Origin: Callorhinchus milii
Taxonomy: Eukaryota
Direction: 5' to 3'
NCBI RefSeq assembly: GCF_018977255.1
Contig: NW_024704742.1
Coordinates: 12,464,001-12,528,000, forward strand
DNA length: 64,000 nucleotides
Below the pieces are notes generated by a model. That model searched no databases and was not told where the DNA came from. It saw nothing but the letters and a program-made list of their open reading frames with translations. Below, piece by piece: positions 12,101 through 27,100 of the stretch. The number at the start of each line of letters is the position of its first letter. Position 1 is the first letter of the stretch. The position numbers and the translations under genes are program-made.

Positions 12101-15100
12101 ACGTTTCGCCTTGCCCAAGAATCGAACCCAGGTCTCTTGCTTGCAAGGCGAGTGCTCTAACCACTGAGCTATAGGACTCCACTGTGTTCCTAGCAACAAG
12201 TTGTGGACACCACACTTGCATTTGAAACTCAAGCCTTCTCCAGAAAAGCAGACTGCTTTGGAATGTATTCCAGAGGTATATTTTTATATTTAAATAAAGA
12301 TTTTAAGAATATAAAAAAGGATGACATGAGATAAATTCATTTGATTCCCCTCAGCACTGCTCTGTCTACAGATCATGGAGCTCTACTCAACTCATTTTTT
12401 TAAAATTCTGTATAAATCATTCTCACAATCGTAAAAGTTTTTGAGCAAAATATTTTCACATCCTTATTATCTATTTCTAATCGTGCTATCCTTCAGTCAA
12501 CAGTACCTTTTCTTCCCTCACCCTCATGCCAGCAACCTCAACAGCACAGAAATAATATCTGTTGATGTTTGATCATCTTGTTCTACATCTATCCTCATTA
12601 AGCTTCAATCACACATTAGCCAGATATTTTGCCTACAAATATACAGTCAATTCACTTTACAGTCTATTCTGTGAAGCACTTTGCGACGTCTAGAAGACGT
12701 AAAAAGCGCGATATCAAATGCAAGGATTATTATTATTTATTATTTGACAAGATCAGTTTGGATGTGGAAGAACTTTCTTATTCAGCATCAGATTGTTTTG
12801 TTGAGTTTGTTCCCATATGCGAAAAAAACATTTTTACTAATCTCTGGTCTCAGCAGACATTTCTTTCATTTTAAAACAAAATCATCTGTATAATAATCCT
12901 TGCATTTGATATAGCGCCGTATCACGGCTTTGAGATGTCTCAAAGTGCTTCACAGAATATACTGTAAATTGAATTAACTGTATATTTTGTGGACGAAATG
13001 CAGCAGCAAACTTTGCATAGCAGTGTCCCACAAACAGTCATGGATTGAGTGACCAATTTATTATTATTTATTTTGGAAGGAATTATTACCCCCGGAAAAA
13101 CGATCTGCCAATCGACTAATAACCGGGTTCCCACTTACTACTAGGTAAACAGAGACGTGTGAAGTAAGGAAACTTGAACAACGTTTCGCCCTGCCAGGAA
13201 TCAAACCCAGGTCTCTCGCTTGTGAGATGAGGCTCTAACTACTGAGCTACAGGACTCCACCAATAATACCTACCATCTTTTTCTCACACACACTCCAAAT
13301 ATCATCATACAAGTGGCAATTCATTCTCCCTACTCTGGCCTGACAGTCCAAAGCAAACCTCAAATGTTAGTCTGCCCCTTGTATGGTGAACATATCTGAC
13401 GGCTTTCTGAAAGAGCAATCAGCAATCTGCCCCTTCCCTTTAGTACACAGATCCCAGTCTATAATTAGCTGTTACATTGCCAGCTGTAGAAACCTGGAGA
13501 AGCTCATCTTCCATTTATTGCCTTCCCTCCCTGCAAGTTATCCCATTGCCTACATTCAATGTTTTCCCATGAAGATGCCTGAGATTTGAGAATACTTGTC
13601 TTATTCCCATACACTTTTAAATAAAATGCACTGATTTCCGGTGGAGTTCTGCAATAAAAAAATAATTTGGTCACTCAATCCGCGACTGTTTGTGGGCAAT
13701 GTTGTGCACAATTGGCTGCCGTGTTTTGCACGCAAAACATACAATCAATTCACTTTAGAATATATCCTGTGAAGCGCTTTGAGACGTCTCAAAATCTTGA
13801 TAAGGCACTATATCAAATGCAAGGATTATTATTATTATAAAGAATCCAAACAGATGAGGAGGTCAAAAGAGGCACTTTAGATTATAGATTAAGAAACTAC
13901 AGATTACACCATAGATTAAGATGTGAAACTTGGATCATTGCTGTCCACACAGTCTGAGCTGATTGACAGGTGAATTTACTCCAGTGCAAATAAAGCCACT
14001 GTAAAACAAAATTGCAGTGTTTCTTAATGCATTCCTTCTGATAGTGCAAAGGATACATCATAAAGCCTAGATTTCACCCCCAGCATACTCCCAACTACAT
14101 TTTATGTTTCTGTGCCACAATTCTGGCAATCATGGTTTGAACACTCTCTGGACATTTGTAATGATCACAACTTCATTCCCCTTTAGTGCTGAACTCCTCT
14201 CCTTTTAAATCAGGACAGCTAAGGTCAGGTTCCAAACCAATGCAATGACGTTAACATTTTTTATAACATTTCACAATTTATGAGTCATGGATATGTGGGG
14301 AAAGGAAGAGCGAGGCAAGGAGCTATGGTTCCATCCCCTTGTGAGTCAATAAGATATTTATTCACATGGTTAATTGTGCTCTCTGAGAGGGGTCCTGATG
14401 AAGGCATTTAAAATCATGAAAGGAATCGAAAATAAATAAGTGGGCATAAATAGGTTGAGGAGCATAAATTTGAGGTAGGCAGTAGCAGATCTAAAAGGGA
14501 ATTTAGAGGGAACATCTTGACACAGAGGATATTGAGAATGTGGAAGTCACTACTAGTTGGAAGCAGAAAGTATCAATATATTTAAAAGGAAACTCGATGA
14601 GAGACTAGGGTGGTAGATGGGATTAATTGGTGGAAGTTCAAATTCTGACGCAGACTAATTGGACCAAATGGTCTGTTTCCATTATGTAGACCATGTGGCT
14701 CTATATGAGTACAGTAGAAATGTCTATGTGATACAGTAGAAATTTCTCTCCATTGTTATTGCATTTTGGGTCTCATGAAATGATGGTTCAAAAGACTTAT
14801 TTACAACAAACACAATTGTTGCTGTGATATCCTGAAGAATTAAATATTGTTGTCTCAGGGAACTAAAAACCTTTGCAAAATCTAACACAGAACATTAAAT
14901 TGAATAACAGTTTCAGAGTGGTCAGTTCTAAATCATGCAACGAATATTATACCTACAGGGAGGTATTTATAGAGGGTGGTTGATGTAATAGGCCATCCAG
15001 GTAGTAAATCCCCAATAAAACACACAGCCCTGTGAACAAAAACAATACTAATAATGTTAAACATTTTCGATATATTTCAGATGCTTTTGATGTGAACTCG

Positions 15101-18100
15101 CTTCTTTAGATATTAGGTTTGGGAATACTTTGCCAATGCTGCATAAAAGGATGAAAAGATTGATGCAATTTACGAGACTTAAGGATTTCATTTTAATTGT
15201 TGAGACCTCTATTTTCATCTGTCAATATCAGCAACCATTGGCAAATTCCTTTGACACATTTCACTCATGGGAGGGGAGGTAGAATTGTCCCATTTATTGG
15301 CTCTCATGTTATAGCCTGCAATAGTAATTTTCTCTGTGTAGTTAAACCTGTGCTCAAATTTTGAGAGCTTTATCAGCAGTTAACATTCACCATCAGAAAA
15401 GAATACATTTACATTCTAGACCAGTAGTGGCCAACCTTTAAGGTCAGCCAACAAAATAAATGTTCTTGATTGAATAATTCTCGATTTATGCCATAAACAT
15501 GATATTTTATGCAAAATCAGCTTTGATCAGTACTCAAGATGCTACCCCATGTGAATGGCACCATATAATGCAAGTTGTTATTGTTATTGTTGGTGTATCT
15601 GAAGAGTTCTAAAGAATGGATATAGAAGTGGGAGGAAAGGAGTTCCAACACAAACCAAAACAACGAGATTACATTTGTACAGCGCCTTTCACATCCGGAG
15701 GATGTCTCAACGTGCTTCGCAGGATTTATTGTAAAGTTTATTGCTCTATATTTGAGGGGGAATACGCAGCGCATTTGCGCATAGCAATATCCCATGAACA
15801 GCCATGAAACAAATTACAAATTTTATTTGAGGGATTGTTAACTGGGATCCTGCAAGAAACTCTCTTCGCTTTTCAAGTAGTACCATGGGATCTTTAATGT
15901 CCACCTGAACAGATAAACGGGTCCTCAGTTTAACATCTCAACCGAAGGATGGCACCTCCAACAATACAATGCACACCCAGCACTGCATTTTAACCATTCC
16001 TTTAGCAAAATAGGATAATCCTGATGGCTTCCTATTAACACTATTCCAAGTTGCTTCTGTGAGATGACCCTTATGTACCAATTTAACACCATACATCAAA
16101 GATAAAGGACTGTTTTATCTTTACTGCTGAGCGATATGATAAAAAATGAATATGCCTCAATTCACCTGCAATGAATACACTGAACAACATCATAACGCTC
16201 TGTTTCAAGTACAAAGAGATGACCTGTTTTTTATGTGAAGAAAGATAATAAGTCTGTACTTTCTTTTGTAACAAGAAAAGAAGCCTATGTGTAATAAGGG
16301 CGATGTAGAAGTGCAGTCTGCCCTCATTTCTTTTGAGAGGTTAGCTGGATAACTCCTTTGGGAAATAAAAGGCAGATTATACTACCAGCTCCAGCCTTGC
16401 ATTATCTCTTCCACCTGAGCCCCTGTGCTTTACTCAGTATCACCACTGTCCTCTGGAGCACTACAATGTCATTACTGATTTGTTGAAAAACAAGAAGTTA
16501 AAACTTCGTCTGAGGCATTAAGATAATAATTTATTGAAACTGTGCTCTGCTGCGTGCGCAATTTAATCGGTTCTAGATAATAAAACATTGATGAAAGGAA
16601 TAACATTGGATAACATTGTGACTGAACAGTAAAACTGTGTAAAAGTATGATACAGCAAAACTGGATGAGGCTTGTTTTTAAAGAAACTTTGAGAAACTAA
16701 GGTGAAGGTTTCGGACCTCTCGTACAGCAGAAAAGATTTGAGGTAATAATCCTTGCATTTCATATAGTGCCTAGAACTAGTCAAAGCTTTTGTAAAGTAT
16801 AGTGACTTTATACCTGCAGGCAAACAGCACGGTAATATGCCACAAACAGCTCTGAAATTAATGTTCAATGTTTAATCTAGAAGATTGTTGGCCAGGTGAA
16901 ACTCCCTCGCTTTCGAATACTGTTAACTGGATCTTTGGCATCCACCTGAACAGGTAAGGGTTGGTTTAACATCTAATTTAAAGGACTTAGATGACACTCT
17001 GACACTGCAGTACTCCCCCAGTTTAAATTTGATCCAGAGCCAAGTGTGCTTCGAACTGAGCCGGGCTGACTCAAGAAATACCCAAGGTAGTGGTGAGGTG
17101 ATTGTTAGCTTGCCATATTTACTCCAATCTAAGATGGCTTGAATCTGAGGCAAAATCAGATTTTAGATGGTGCAAGAGAGGGATGAAGAACTTTACCACA
17201 ATTATAAAGCCCCATCATTTTGGAGGTAGTAAATAAATTGCACTCATTTTTAAGGTACTTTTTAATGCTAAAGTCTGATCTCAGTTCGAGTCAATACAGT
17301 ATTCTAGGCAGGGCGAAACCTTAGGCAAGTTTCCTTACTCCACACGTCTAATAATAATCCCTCCAAAAAACAAAACAATAATAAATTGGTCATTTTCAAT
17401 CCACGACTGTTTGTGGGACACTGCTGTGTGCAATTGGCTGCCGCGCTTCGCCCGCAAATATACAATCAATTCACTTTACAGTATATTCTGTGAAGCGCTT
17501 TGAAACGTCGAGAAGACATGAAAAGCACTATATCAAATGCAAGGATTATTATTATTTAATAAACCTCTTGCAAAACTGTTGAAACTTACCTTTAGCATAT
17601 TCTTCAGTGCTGTGTTTCCATTGGAGAAGTTGTGAACAAATAGGGTCTCCAGGAGTTGCTTAGCATAGTGAATGGAGTGACAGATACAAGCCAAGCTGGG
17701 AGGGAAGCAGAGAGAGACAAATGTAAGAGTAATTTGGAGTGAAGGTACATTGATTAATGAATAATGTGCAACATGGAAACAGGCCATTCAGACCAACCAG
17801 TCCATGCCACTGCTTATACAACAACAACAACAAAATTACATTTTACAAATTACAGCGCCTTTCAATTTGGGAGGACGTCCCAAGGCGCTGGACAGACAGA
17901 GTTACAGACCCGAGCTGGGGGTCAGGGTGGGGGATGGTGGAGGGCGGGGGGGAAGCAGGGAGATCAAAAGCATGGTCGAAGAGGAGGGTTTTGAGAGGGT
18001 CTTGAAGGTGGCATGGAGGGGGCGAGATGGAGGGACTGTGGGTTGGAGTTCCAGAGAGTGGGGGCAGAGTGGCGGAAGGCCTGCCTGCCAGTAGTGGGGC

Positions 18101-21100
18101 GAACAAAGCGGGGGACGTGAAGCTGGCCAGAGCCCGCTGAGTTGAGGGAGCGAACAGGATGGTAGGGCATTAGGAGGTTGGAGAAGTAGCAGGGAACAAG
18201 ACCATGGAGGACTTTGAAGGTGAGGACCAGGATCTTGAACTGTATCCTCTGTGTGAAGGAGTTGGGCAAGTATGGGGGTGATAGGGTCACAAAGCCTAGT
18301 GCAGAAGAGGATATGGGTTGCAGAGTTCTGGATGATCTGCAGCCTGTGAAGGGAGGAGTTGGGGAGGCCGACAAGCAGTGAGTTTGCATAGTTGAACCCG
18401 CGATGTAATGAAGGTGTGTATAAGGGTTTCGGCGGCCTGCAGTATGAGACAGTGTCGGAGCCGGGCGACGTTGCAGAGGTGGGGGAAGGCAGTGGTGCAG
18501 ATGTGGGGTAGAAAGGTTGGTTGAGCGTCAAACAAGACCCCAAGGTTCCGGACTGGCTTAGTAAGGTGGAGTGTGCAACCATGGATGGTGATGCTGTCAG
18601 CGCCTGAGGTGAGGAGGCGCTGACGGGAGCCAATCAGGAGAGCCTCGCTCTTGTTGACGTTCAACTGAAGAAAGTTAGCTCTCATTCAGGTGTTTGGCAG
18701 ATATTCTGTCAAGACAGCAGTGGGAATCAAGGGTGAAGGCAGAGAGTAGAGTTGGGTGTCATCCGCATACATGTGAACATTGACTCCATGTCTGCGGATC
18801 ATGTCACCAAGAGAGTATAATATAGATATTGAAAAGGAGGGGACCAAGGACAGAGTCCTGAGGAACACCGCACAAGATGGTCCGGGGGCTACAAGAGAAG
18901 CCGTTTCAGGAGATGCAGTGAGAGGAGAGGCAGTGAATGAGGATAGAGTAGTCGACGTTGTGGGGAGGTTGGAGATAGTGCAGTAGTTAGGGAGTACAGA
19001 AGGGTCCAGGGAGGTTTTTTTTTTTTTTTTTTTTTTAAGTACAGGAGTGATGACAGCATTTTTTATTGGGGTGGGAACAGTACCAGAGGACAGGGAGAGG
19101 TTTACAATGTCAGTGAGTAGAGGGGTAAAGAAGGTGGAGCTGAGGGATAAGGAGAGGGGTAGGGATGGGGTCAAGGAAACAGATGGTAGGTTTCATATGG
19201 GTTATGGTGGTGATGAGAAAGGAGGGGGAGACAGGTTCAAAGATGTGGAGGGAGAGATGGGTAGGGGCTTGTGGGAGGAGGAAATGGGGAGGGGGTAGCA
19301 GTTGGAGAGGCAGCTGAGTGGATTCCCTCAACTTCGGATTTGAGCAAGTCCAGCATCACCTTGCAGTTAGCATTTGAGGTGAGGATGGGTGAGACATGAT
19401 AGGGTGGATGGAAGAGCTGGTTCATGATGGAAAAGAGGAGCCTGTGGTTGTCCTTGGCCTCCAAGATTGTCTTGGAGTAGAATGATGAGTTTGTGGAGGC
19501 GAGGACAGAGCGATAGGATTTCACATGGTCCAGCCAGATCTGTCAATGGACAGTTAGGGTTGATTTAAGCCAGGCGTGCTCAGCGGAACATGCCTGGGCT
19601 TCAAGGGAGCGGAGGTGGCTGGTGTACCAAGGTGATTTGCATGAATAGGAAACGGATCGGGAGGAGAGGGAATCGAGAGTGGAGGGAGCTGTGGAGAAGA
19701 GTGATGGAGGAGGATAGGTCATTGCGGGAGGATACCCAGAGGGGAAGGAGTTCAGATGACTCCAAGGCAGCAGAGAGGGACTGGGGGGGAGATACTTTTC
19801 CAGCGGCAGTATGAGATGGGTTGGGTGGCAGTGGGGAGAGGGATTGAGGAGTTAAGGGAGGTGAAGTGATGGTCCGAGATCGCTTTGTCGATGATGGTGA
19901 GGTCTGAGACAGTGAGGCCCTGAGTGATCACCAAGTCGAGGGGGTGACCGCGGACATGGGTGACGGAGTGGATGTGGAGGGAGAGATTGAGAGAAGAGAT
20001 AAGGGAGGAAAAGTCAGCAGAGGTAGAACAGGACGGGGTGAAGTGAAGATTGAAATCGCCAAGGATGAGGAAGCATTCAGAGCAAAGAGAGAGGGAAGAT
20101 AGGAGGGTGGAGATGTCGGGGATGAAGGTGGGGGAGGGCTTGGGCGGGGCAGTAGGTAATAAAGGATAAGGTACTCAAAGGAGGGGCAAGTTCCAGAGGA
20201 GTAAGGGGATAGGCCGAGCGGGGACCAGGGGATGAGAGCCACATCGCCACCATGGCGGTTAGGTCGTGGGGTGTGATGGAAAGTGTAGCCGGGTGGTGTG
20301 GCCTCAGTAAGGGGGAAGGTGTCACCTGGCGTGATCCTGGTTTCAGTGAGGGCGAGAAAGTCAATGTGTTCATCGACGATGAGGTCTTGGATGGTATGTG
20401 TTTTCTTGGAGACATTTTGTAGACTGATGCAGAGGGGACAGTCGGTGTGGGAAAGTGGAAGGTGAGGTGGGGGAGGAAGGGGACTGCCAGGGAGGGTTGA
20501 GATGTGGATCAGGGAGGAGAGGTTGTCCCCCATCATCGGGGACCGGTGAGCTATGCGGCGAGAATGGGAGATGGGGCAGTCAGAGTAACTGCTGTTGGAC
20601 AGCCAAAGGGGACTCTCATACTCTCAGAGTATTTATACTCACATGAGGGAGGACAGATTTGCAAGGCTATGGGGAGACAGCGGGGGAATGGGATTGATTT
20701 GGGTAGCTCTTTCAACGGTACAGGAACAATGGGCCGAATGGCTTCCTTCTGTGCTGTATAATTCAATGATTCTATGAGTCTCCACTCTTTCCTTAAGACC
20801 GACTTTGAGAGGAATAGAAAGGTATGAAAGGGATCTCATACCTTTCTATTCCCTTCTTCCTCATGTGTACAGTTTTCAAACATTTTACAAAGGTGACCTG
20901 TTGACTCAGGAGTATAACCAAAGGTATTTTTATTCTTTGAGATATTACATGACTGTGTATAATTATTTGTTATTGTCTGTGATGTTGGAAATATTATAAT
21001 ATACAGCTTACAACCTCTTAAATTTGTAACAACAATGTTACATTTGTATAGCACCTTTCACATCCGGAGGATATCTCAAAGACCTAGGAGGCTGAGCTGG

Positions 21101-24100
21101 GGGTTGGAGGAGCTGAGGAAGGTAACCAAACGTGTGGTTGAACAGAAAGGTCTTAAGCTGGGCATTAAAACTGAGGAACTGAGGGGGCCTCTGGGATAAA
21201 ACTCCACAGAGAGAGGGCAACATGGCTGAAAACTCACCCACCAATGCTAGTTGTACGATGGGTAATTTTAAATTTAGCTTCATTAGTGGAAAGAACTAGC
21301 ATCTAACTAGTTAGGTTAGATGTTTTAAGGAGTTAGGCTAGCAAATACCATTAACTTACGGGAATGAATGGTGACTTTTGGGAAGGAAAATAAATTGTGA
21401 GAATACAAGGTAAGTTAGTTGTATTAAAACATGACACCAGAGAGGTATTTGGGATAACTGGTGGATCACTGAAACTATGAGTATTATGAGTTGTGTCAAT
21501 AAAGAGGACAAACATTACTCTGGGGTATATAGCTGGAGGAATAGAGCATGATTCATAGATACAGCATGATTTACACTTTCTCGCTCCCTCTCTTTCTCTC
21601 TCCGGGCTCCAGGCTATGTGAATCTCTTTGAGATGTCCTTCCAACGTGAAAGGCATTATATAAATGCAAATTGCTGTTATTGTCGTTTGTTTTGATTATG
21701 ATTAAGTCCACAACTTCATCATAATCAAAACAAATGATTGAGCAGTCACAAAGATGTGCCTAACCTTTCTCATTGTACAACCTCATTTAATTTGTTCGAA
21801 ATGATTGAGATGGATTTTGTTAGTCTGCAGCTTTTTAAAATTACATTTGGTAAATGCACATTGGTGAGAGTTGATTTGGCTGGTTTATGCCATGCTCAAT
21901 GCATTAGTCATTTTCAATTGGCAGTTACCATTCAATTTAAAAAGTGATTGAGGATTGAAAAACTAATATATAAATAATTGCAATAATAGGCCTGAACACA
22001 ATAGTAACTGCAAGAACACATGATGGTGTTCCATTGTATACAGCATTTATACCTGAATGCACCTCATTGAATAACAGATAAGCAACAATTGCTTCAAGAA
22101 CTCTTCCTCATCTATGTGCTCCCTCTCAGCGATATCATTCTCAAATACAGGGTTAACCATATATATGGGGGTGACATCCCCATATCTACTTTTCTTCATC
22201 CACTCTTGATTCCAGGTCCATTGATGTTCTAGTGAACATTCTGAGACTTTGCCTAGTGGAAAGGGTGCTATATAAATGTCGCCATTGCTGTTATCTGTCA
22301 GACAGCAATTTCCAGCAACTAAATTTAGACAAGACGTGGGGCATCTTTCTTGGCTGTCAATGCCTCCTCACTTCTGCCTCTTACCTCCACAACCACCTGA
22401 TCTCTCCAAACTCAATGAACCAGTGCACAACCTTGACGTCTGATTTGATGCTCAGCTCTCCTTTATCCCTCAATATGAGGGATAAAGGAGAGCTGAGCAT
22501 CAAATCAGACATCTCTAAACCCAAACTGTTTTCCTTCACCTCCGCAACATTGCCCAGCTCCGATCCTATCTCACACCAAATGCTGCCAAAACCCTTTACC
22601 ACATCTTCATTAGCTCTCACCTGAACACATACAGCTCCACCATCCATAACCTCTAACTTATCCAAAAGCCACTCCATGTGATTGACTGGAGAAAACACTG
22701 TTGTGGATGCTTACGCAGACTATTACTTCGTGAGAGAGTTATTACTGTTGCAGCTGGGACAAAAGCCATTGTGCAAGAAGTGGATCCTTAACTGGAGGGC
22801 ACTGTCAACTTAGCTCAGTGGCTAGCACTTTAGCCTCTGAATCAGAAGTTTGGGGGTTCAAGCCCCATCTCGGGGACACTCTCTTAAAACGATGAGAGTG
22901 CTGCATTGTCCGAGGCTCCATTCATTACAAGAGGACACATCATTAAAATAAGAACTAGGCCAGATGACAGAAAGAACTGATGTCAGGAAACATTTCTTCA
23001 CACAGGGGGTTGTGAAGATCTGGAATGCTCTGCCACAGGAAGTTATCAAAGTAGAATCCATAGGGATATTTCAATGAGAGCCAGATGCTTGTGCAGTAAA
23101 GGTATTAAGGGCTGTGGTGAAAGGACAGAGCATTGGGATTAAGAGATCAGCCATGATCTATTAAACTGGTAGAAAAGGTTTGATTGGCTGAATGGCCTCC
23201 TCATGTTCCTGTTTTTCTAAATACATAAGGAGCGATGAAAGGCTCATGAGCAATAAGTCACTCATGTTCAGGGACCAGATCAGTCCCTGACTCCCTCAAA
23301 ACTGCCGTCATCACCCCCCTCCTGAAAAAACCCTCCCTAGATCCCTCAAATCCCAGCCATTACCATCTTATCTCTAACCTGGCCTTCCTCTCAAAAGTTC
23401 TAGAACGCGTCATTGCCAACCACCTTCACGCACACCTCTCCTCCCACTCCCTCTTCAAACCCCTCCAATCCGGTTTCCTCCCTGCCCACAGTACAGAGAC
23501 TGCGCTTGTGAAAATCACAAACGACATCCTCTCTATCTGTGACCAGGGCTCCCTCTGCCTCCTTGTCCTCCTGGACCTCTCCGCCGCGTTCGACACAGTC
23601 GATCATGCCATCCTCCTCCACCGCCTTTCCTCCGCCATCCACCTCAGTGGGACCGCACTCGCCTGGTTCGAGTCCTACCTCACAACCCGCCAGCAGTACA
23701 TCTGCACAAACGGCTTCTCCTCCTGCTCTCACCCGGTCACCTACGGGGTACCCCAAGGATCCATCCTTGGCCCCCTCCTCTTTCTGATCTACATGCTCCC
23801 TCTTGGGGGTGTCATCCGCAGACATGGGTACACTTCCACATGTATGCAGATGACACCCAACTCTATTTTTCCACCTCTCTTTGCGACCCCCAGTCCCCTG
23901 ATGTTCTGTCAGCCTGCCTGTCAGATCTCAGGGGCTGGATGAGCGCAAATTTCCTTCAGCTGAATGTTGACAAGACAGAAGCCATACTCTTTGGCTCTTG
24001 TCAACGTCTAAAATCTCACGGCTCTCACCTCCTCCACCTACTCGACCTCCCCCTAAAACTTTCCAAATCCGTACGCAACCTTGGAGTCAGATTCGACCCC

Positions 24101-27100
24101 CAATTATCCTTCCTCCCCCACATCTGGTCCCTCACCAGCACCACTTTCTTCCACCTCCGAAGCATCGTCCATCTCCGCCAATACCTCTCCCCAAAAGCCG
24201 CTGAAACCCTGGTCCATGCCTTTGTCACCTCTCACCTGGACTACTCTAATGCCCTCCTCGCTGTTCTCCCATCCACTACCATCCATAAAATCCAAATCAT
24301 TCAAAACTCTGCCGCCCACACTCTCACCCGTACCAAACTCCGTTGCTCGATCACCACAGGCCATGCTAGACTGCACTGGCTGCCTATCCCAGAGAGGATC
24401 GTTTTCAAGATCCTCACCCTTGTATTCAAGACCCTGCACTCCTCTGCACCTCCCTACCTCTCTGACCTCCTCTCTCCTCAAAACAGTACCCATTTCCTTC
24501 ATTCCTCCAGGTCTGGCCTCCTCCTCGTCCCCCAAGTCCTCCACTCCACCCTCGGCGGCCGTGCCTTCAGCCACTATGCCCCGAGGCTCTGGAACTCCCT
24601 TCCTCATCCCCTTCGCCTCATCTCCTCTCTTCCCATTTTCAGGTATCGGCTGAAGACCTTTCTTTTCGACCGTGCCTTTGGTCACCTTCCCCCCCCTCCC
24701 CCTGGCTCGGTCCCGGGATCCGTTACTGTGAAGTGCTCCGAGTTGCCACCCAGCGTAGAGGGTGCTATATAAATCTAAGTGTTGTGGTACTCATAATGGC
24801 TTTCCTAGAATGCTCATTGTACAACTTAAAACATTCATCCATCTCTTTGATAATATCTTTGATAATCAACAGGTATCCAAGTATTTTATCAAGCAAAATA
24901 CTACATGAAACATTAAGAGAATATTCTTACACCAATGTCTACAAAAAGTGGCTTTTAATAATAATTATCCTTCCATTTGGTTTAACGCCTTTCAGTTTGG
25001 GAGGATGTCTAAGCACTTCACAGGATTTAAAGTATAAAGTGGAGTGACTGTAATTTATGGGCAAATGTTTGTGGGTTGTGGCTTCATTCTCTGAGGATGA
25101 CCATGACCCAATGGGGAATAAACTGGTCAAAACAAACAAGGAAAGGCCCCCCAACAAGGAATGCCTATTAACAATGCTTAAGAATAAAAATTAATGTAGA
25201 TCTATCAAAAAAATCCCAAACATCAAACATCAAAACTGTCTGTTAAAAATTCTTCAAAAATGTCAGTTTGGGAAGGTTAGAGAATCAGAAAAAAAGAGAC
25301 TACTTACTGCACCACTGAGTGACGGCTGTAATGGTTAATATCCTCCACATCATACAGATTTGGTAAACGGAAATAAAACAACAGGTAGATAAAGAGAGGT
25401 CCAGTGTATTCTGTTAGAAATACCTAAAAAAAAGGTAGGTATTTCAGCTCCATTTGTGATGATTCAAGAATGATTCCCTTAAGAAAATCTGTAATAACCC
25501 TTGCATTTGGTATAACACCCTTCACTTAAGGAGGCCATCTTAAAGGGCCTATGGCCTTTGTCCACTGAAGTATCAATGGCTAAAGTTTTTCTTGGTCAGC
25601 TGGGTTCTGACACATGTGGAAATCCATCACCATGCTTAAGAGTATCCAAACTGTTCATTCATTCCAAAATTCATTCATTCTAGTGGGTGCTGTTCTCAGT
25701 CTGAGGCATATGATTGATACAGAGTTTGGTGGAACTTTCACTGATCACCTATCCCATTCTAAAGCTGACAGGTGGCGCTGATACTGGATGCCTAGAATTG
25801 GAATTTTGTTTTATGAGCAACTTGAAGATTATAAAATTCAACAAAATGTAACACGACAAACAGGTTTCAGTCAGGCTATGTTGTTAGCATTCACCTCACT
25901 GAAGGTTGTGGATTCAAGCCCTTGTCAAACCTTTGAACTCATGTTAGTTTCCCCTGGTGTTCCAGCCAACAATCTCCCACATAAAATTAGTAACTCAACT
26001 TCATGGCTGTTTGTGGGACATTGCTGTGCACAAATTGGCTTCTTTATTCACCTACAAATGACAGTCACTAAACTTCACAGTTAACACCCATGAAGCACTT
26101 TGAGACACTTCAAGCACTTGGTGAGGTGCTTGTCTAAATGCAATTATCGTTAACTACTTGTTGAATTTGAAGAAAGAATCTAAACTTGGAATTCAGATGA
26201 TCAAAACAAAATTAAAGATTTGTTATGGTATTTTTCTGATGTCATCTGAGACCTCCAATTAGATCAGGGTCTTGTGGATCACTGAGAGAGATCCACTATT
26301 ACCTGTGTAATCAGATTTCTCCCATTACAAGTTGTGTAGAAGCATCACTATGTCAGCCAAATATTTATAAACAGTACCAAAATGTTAATATTTCCAAGGG
26401 GAATAAGGTTAATATAACAAATTGGGAATTTTTAAAATCAAACATTATCATTAATGCTGTAATATTTCATAATATTTAGTGAACCAGCTGCATTCTGGAA
26501 GAACATATCATTTTCATGCAGATTAATGAGCACACTCACAAATGACCCAGTGTATGAAGGCTGAATTTAAGTGTATTTATCAACCTAAATTGTCTTTCTT
26601 TTGCATAATTCAGTCAACTAGGATCATTTATTACTGCTAAAAAAAACACACAGGGAGTGCCACACAATATTACCTCCCTTTAAACCTCCTCTTCCTCCAA
26701 CAATCTACAGGCTTCTAAAAGTCAAGCTGTTATCATCCAACTCATCTCCTTTCATCTGCTACTCTTAAATTTGGGGTGTCTATGCTGTTAATTTAATAAA
26801 ATGAATTCCAAAAACATTGGCAACCTCAACTATTCATAACTTTGCATTAATATGGACTATATAAAAATAATTTACCTTTGCCACACAGATAACATGGTCT
26901 TAGTTACTTTTTTGGTTGTTTTCTTTGTCTTAGGTATCCTTTAAGCCAGATGTCACACCAGATGTTTGTGATTGGGTTTGTGACACCAAGCCACTTGGAT
27001 GTGAAGGCGTTCTAGAGAAAATGTTGTTCTCACCTCCTGCCTCTAACCTTTCTCTGCCCATCACAAACTCTCTGGTCTTTCTTGTATTTTATCAATGCTC

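Noticed and set aside
23840..24772. 310-aa ORF, the longest in the window
   Set aside because: L2 ORF2 C-terminal half from a 5'-truncated, frameshifted copy, not a host gene.
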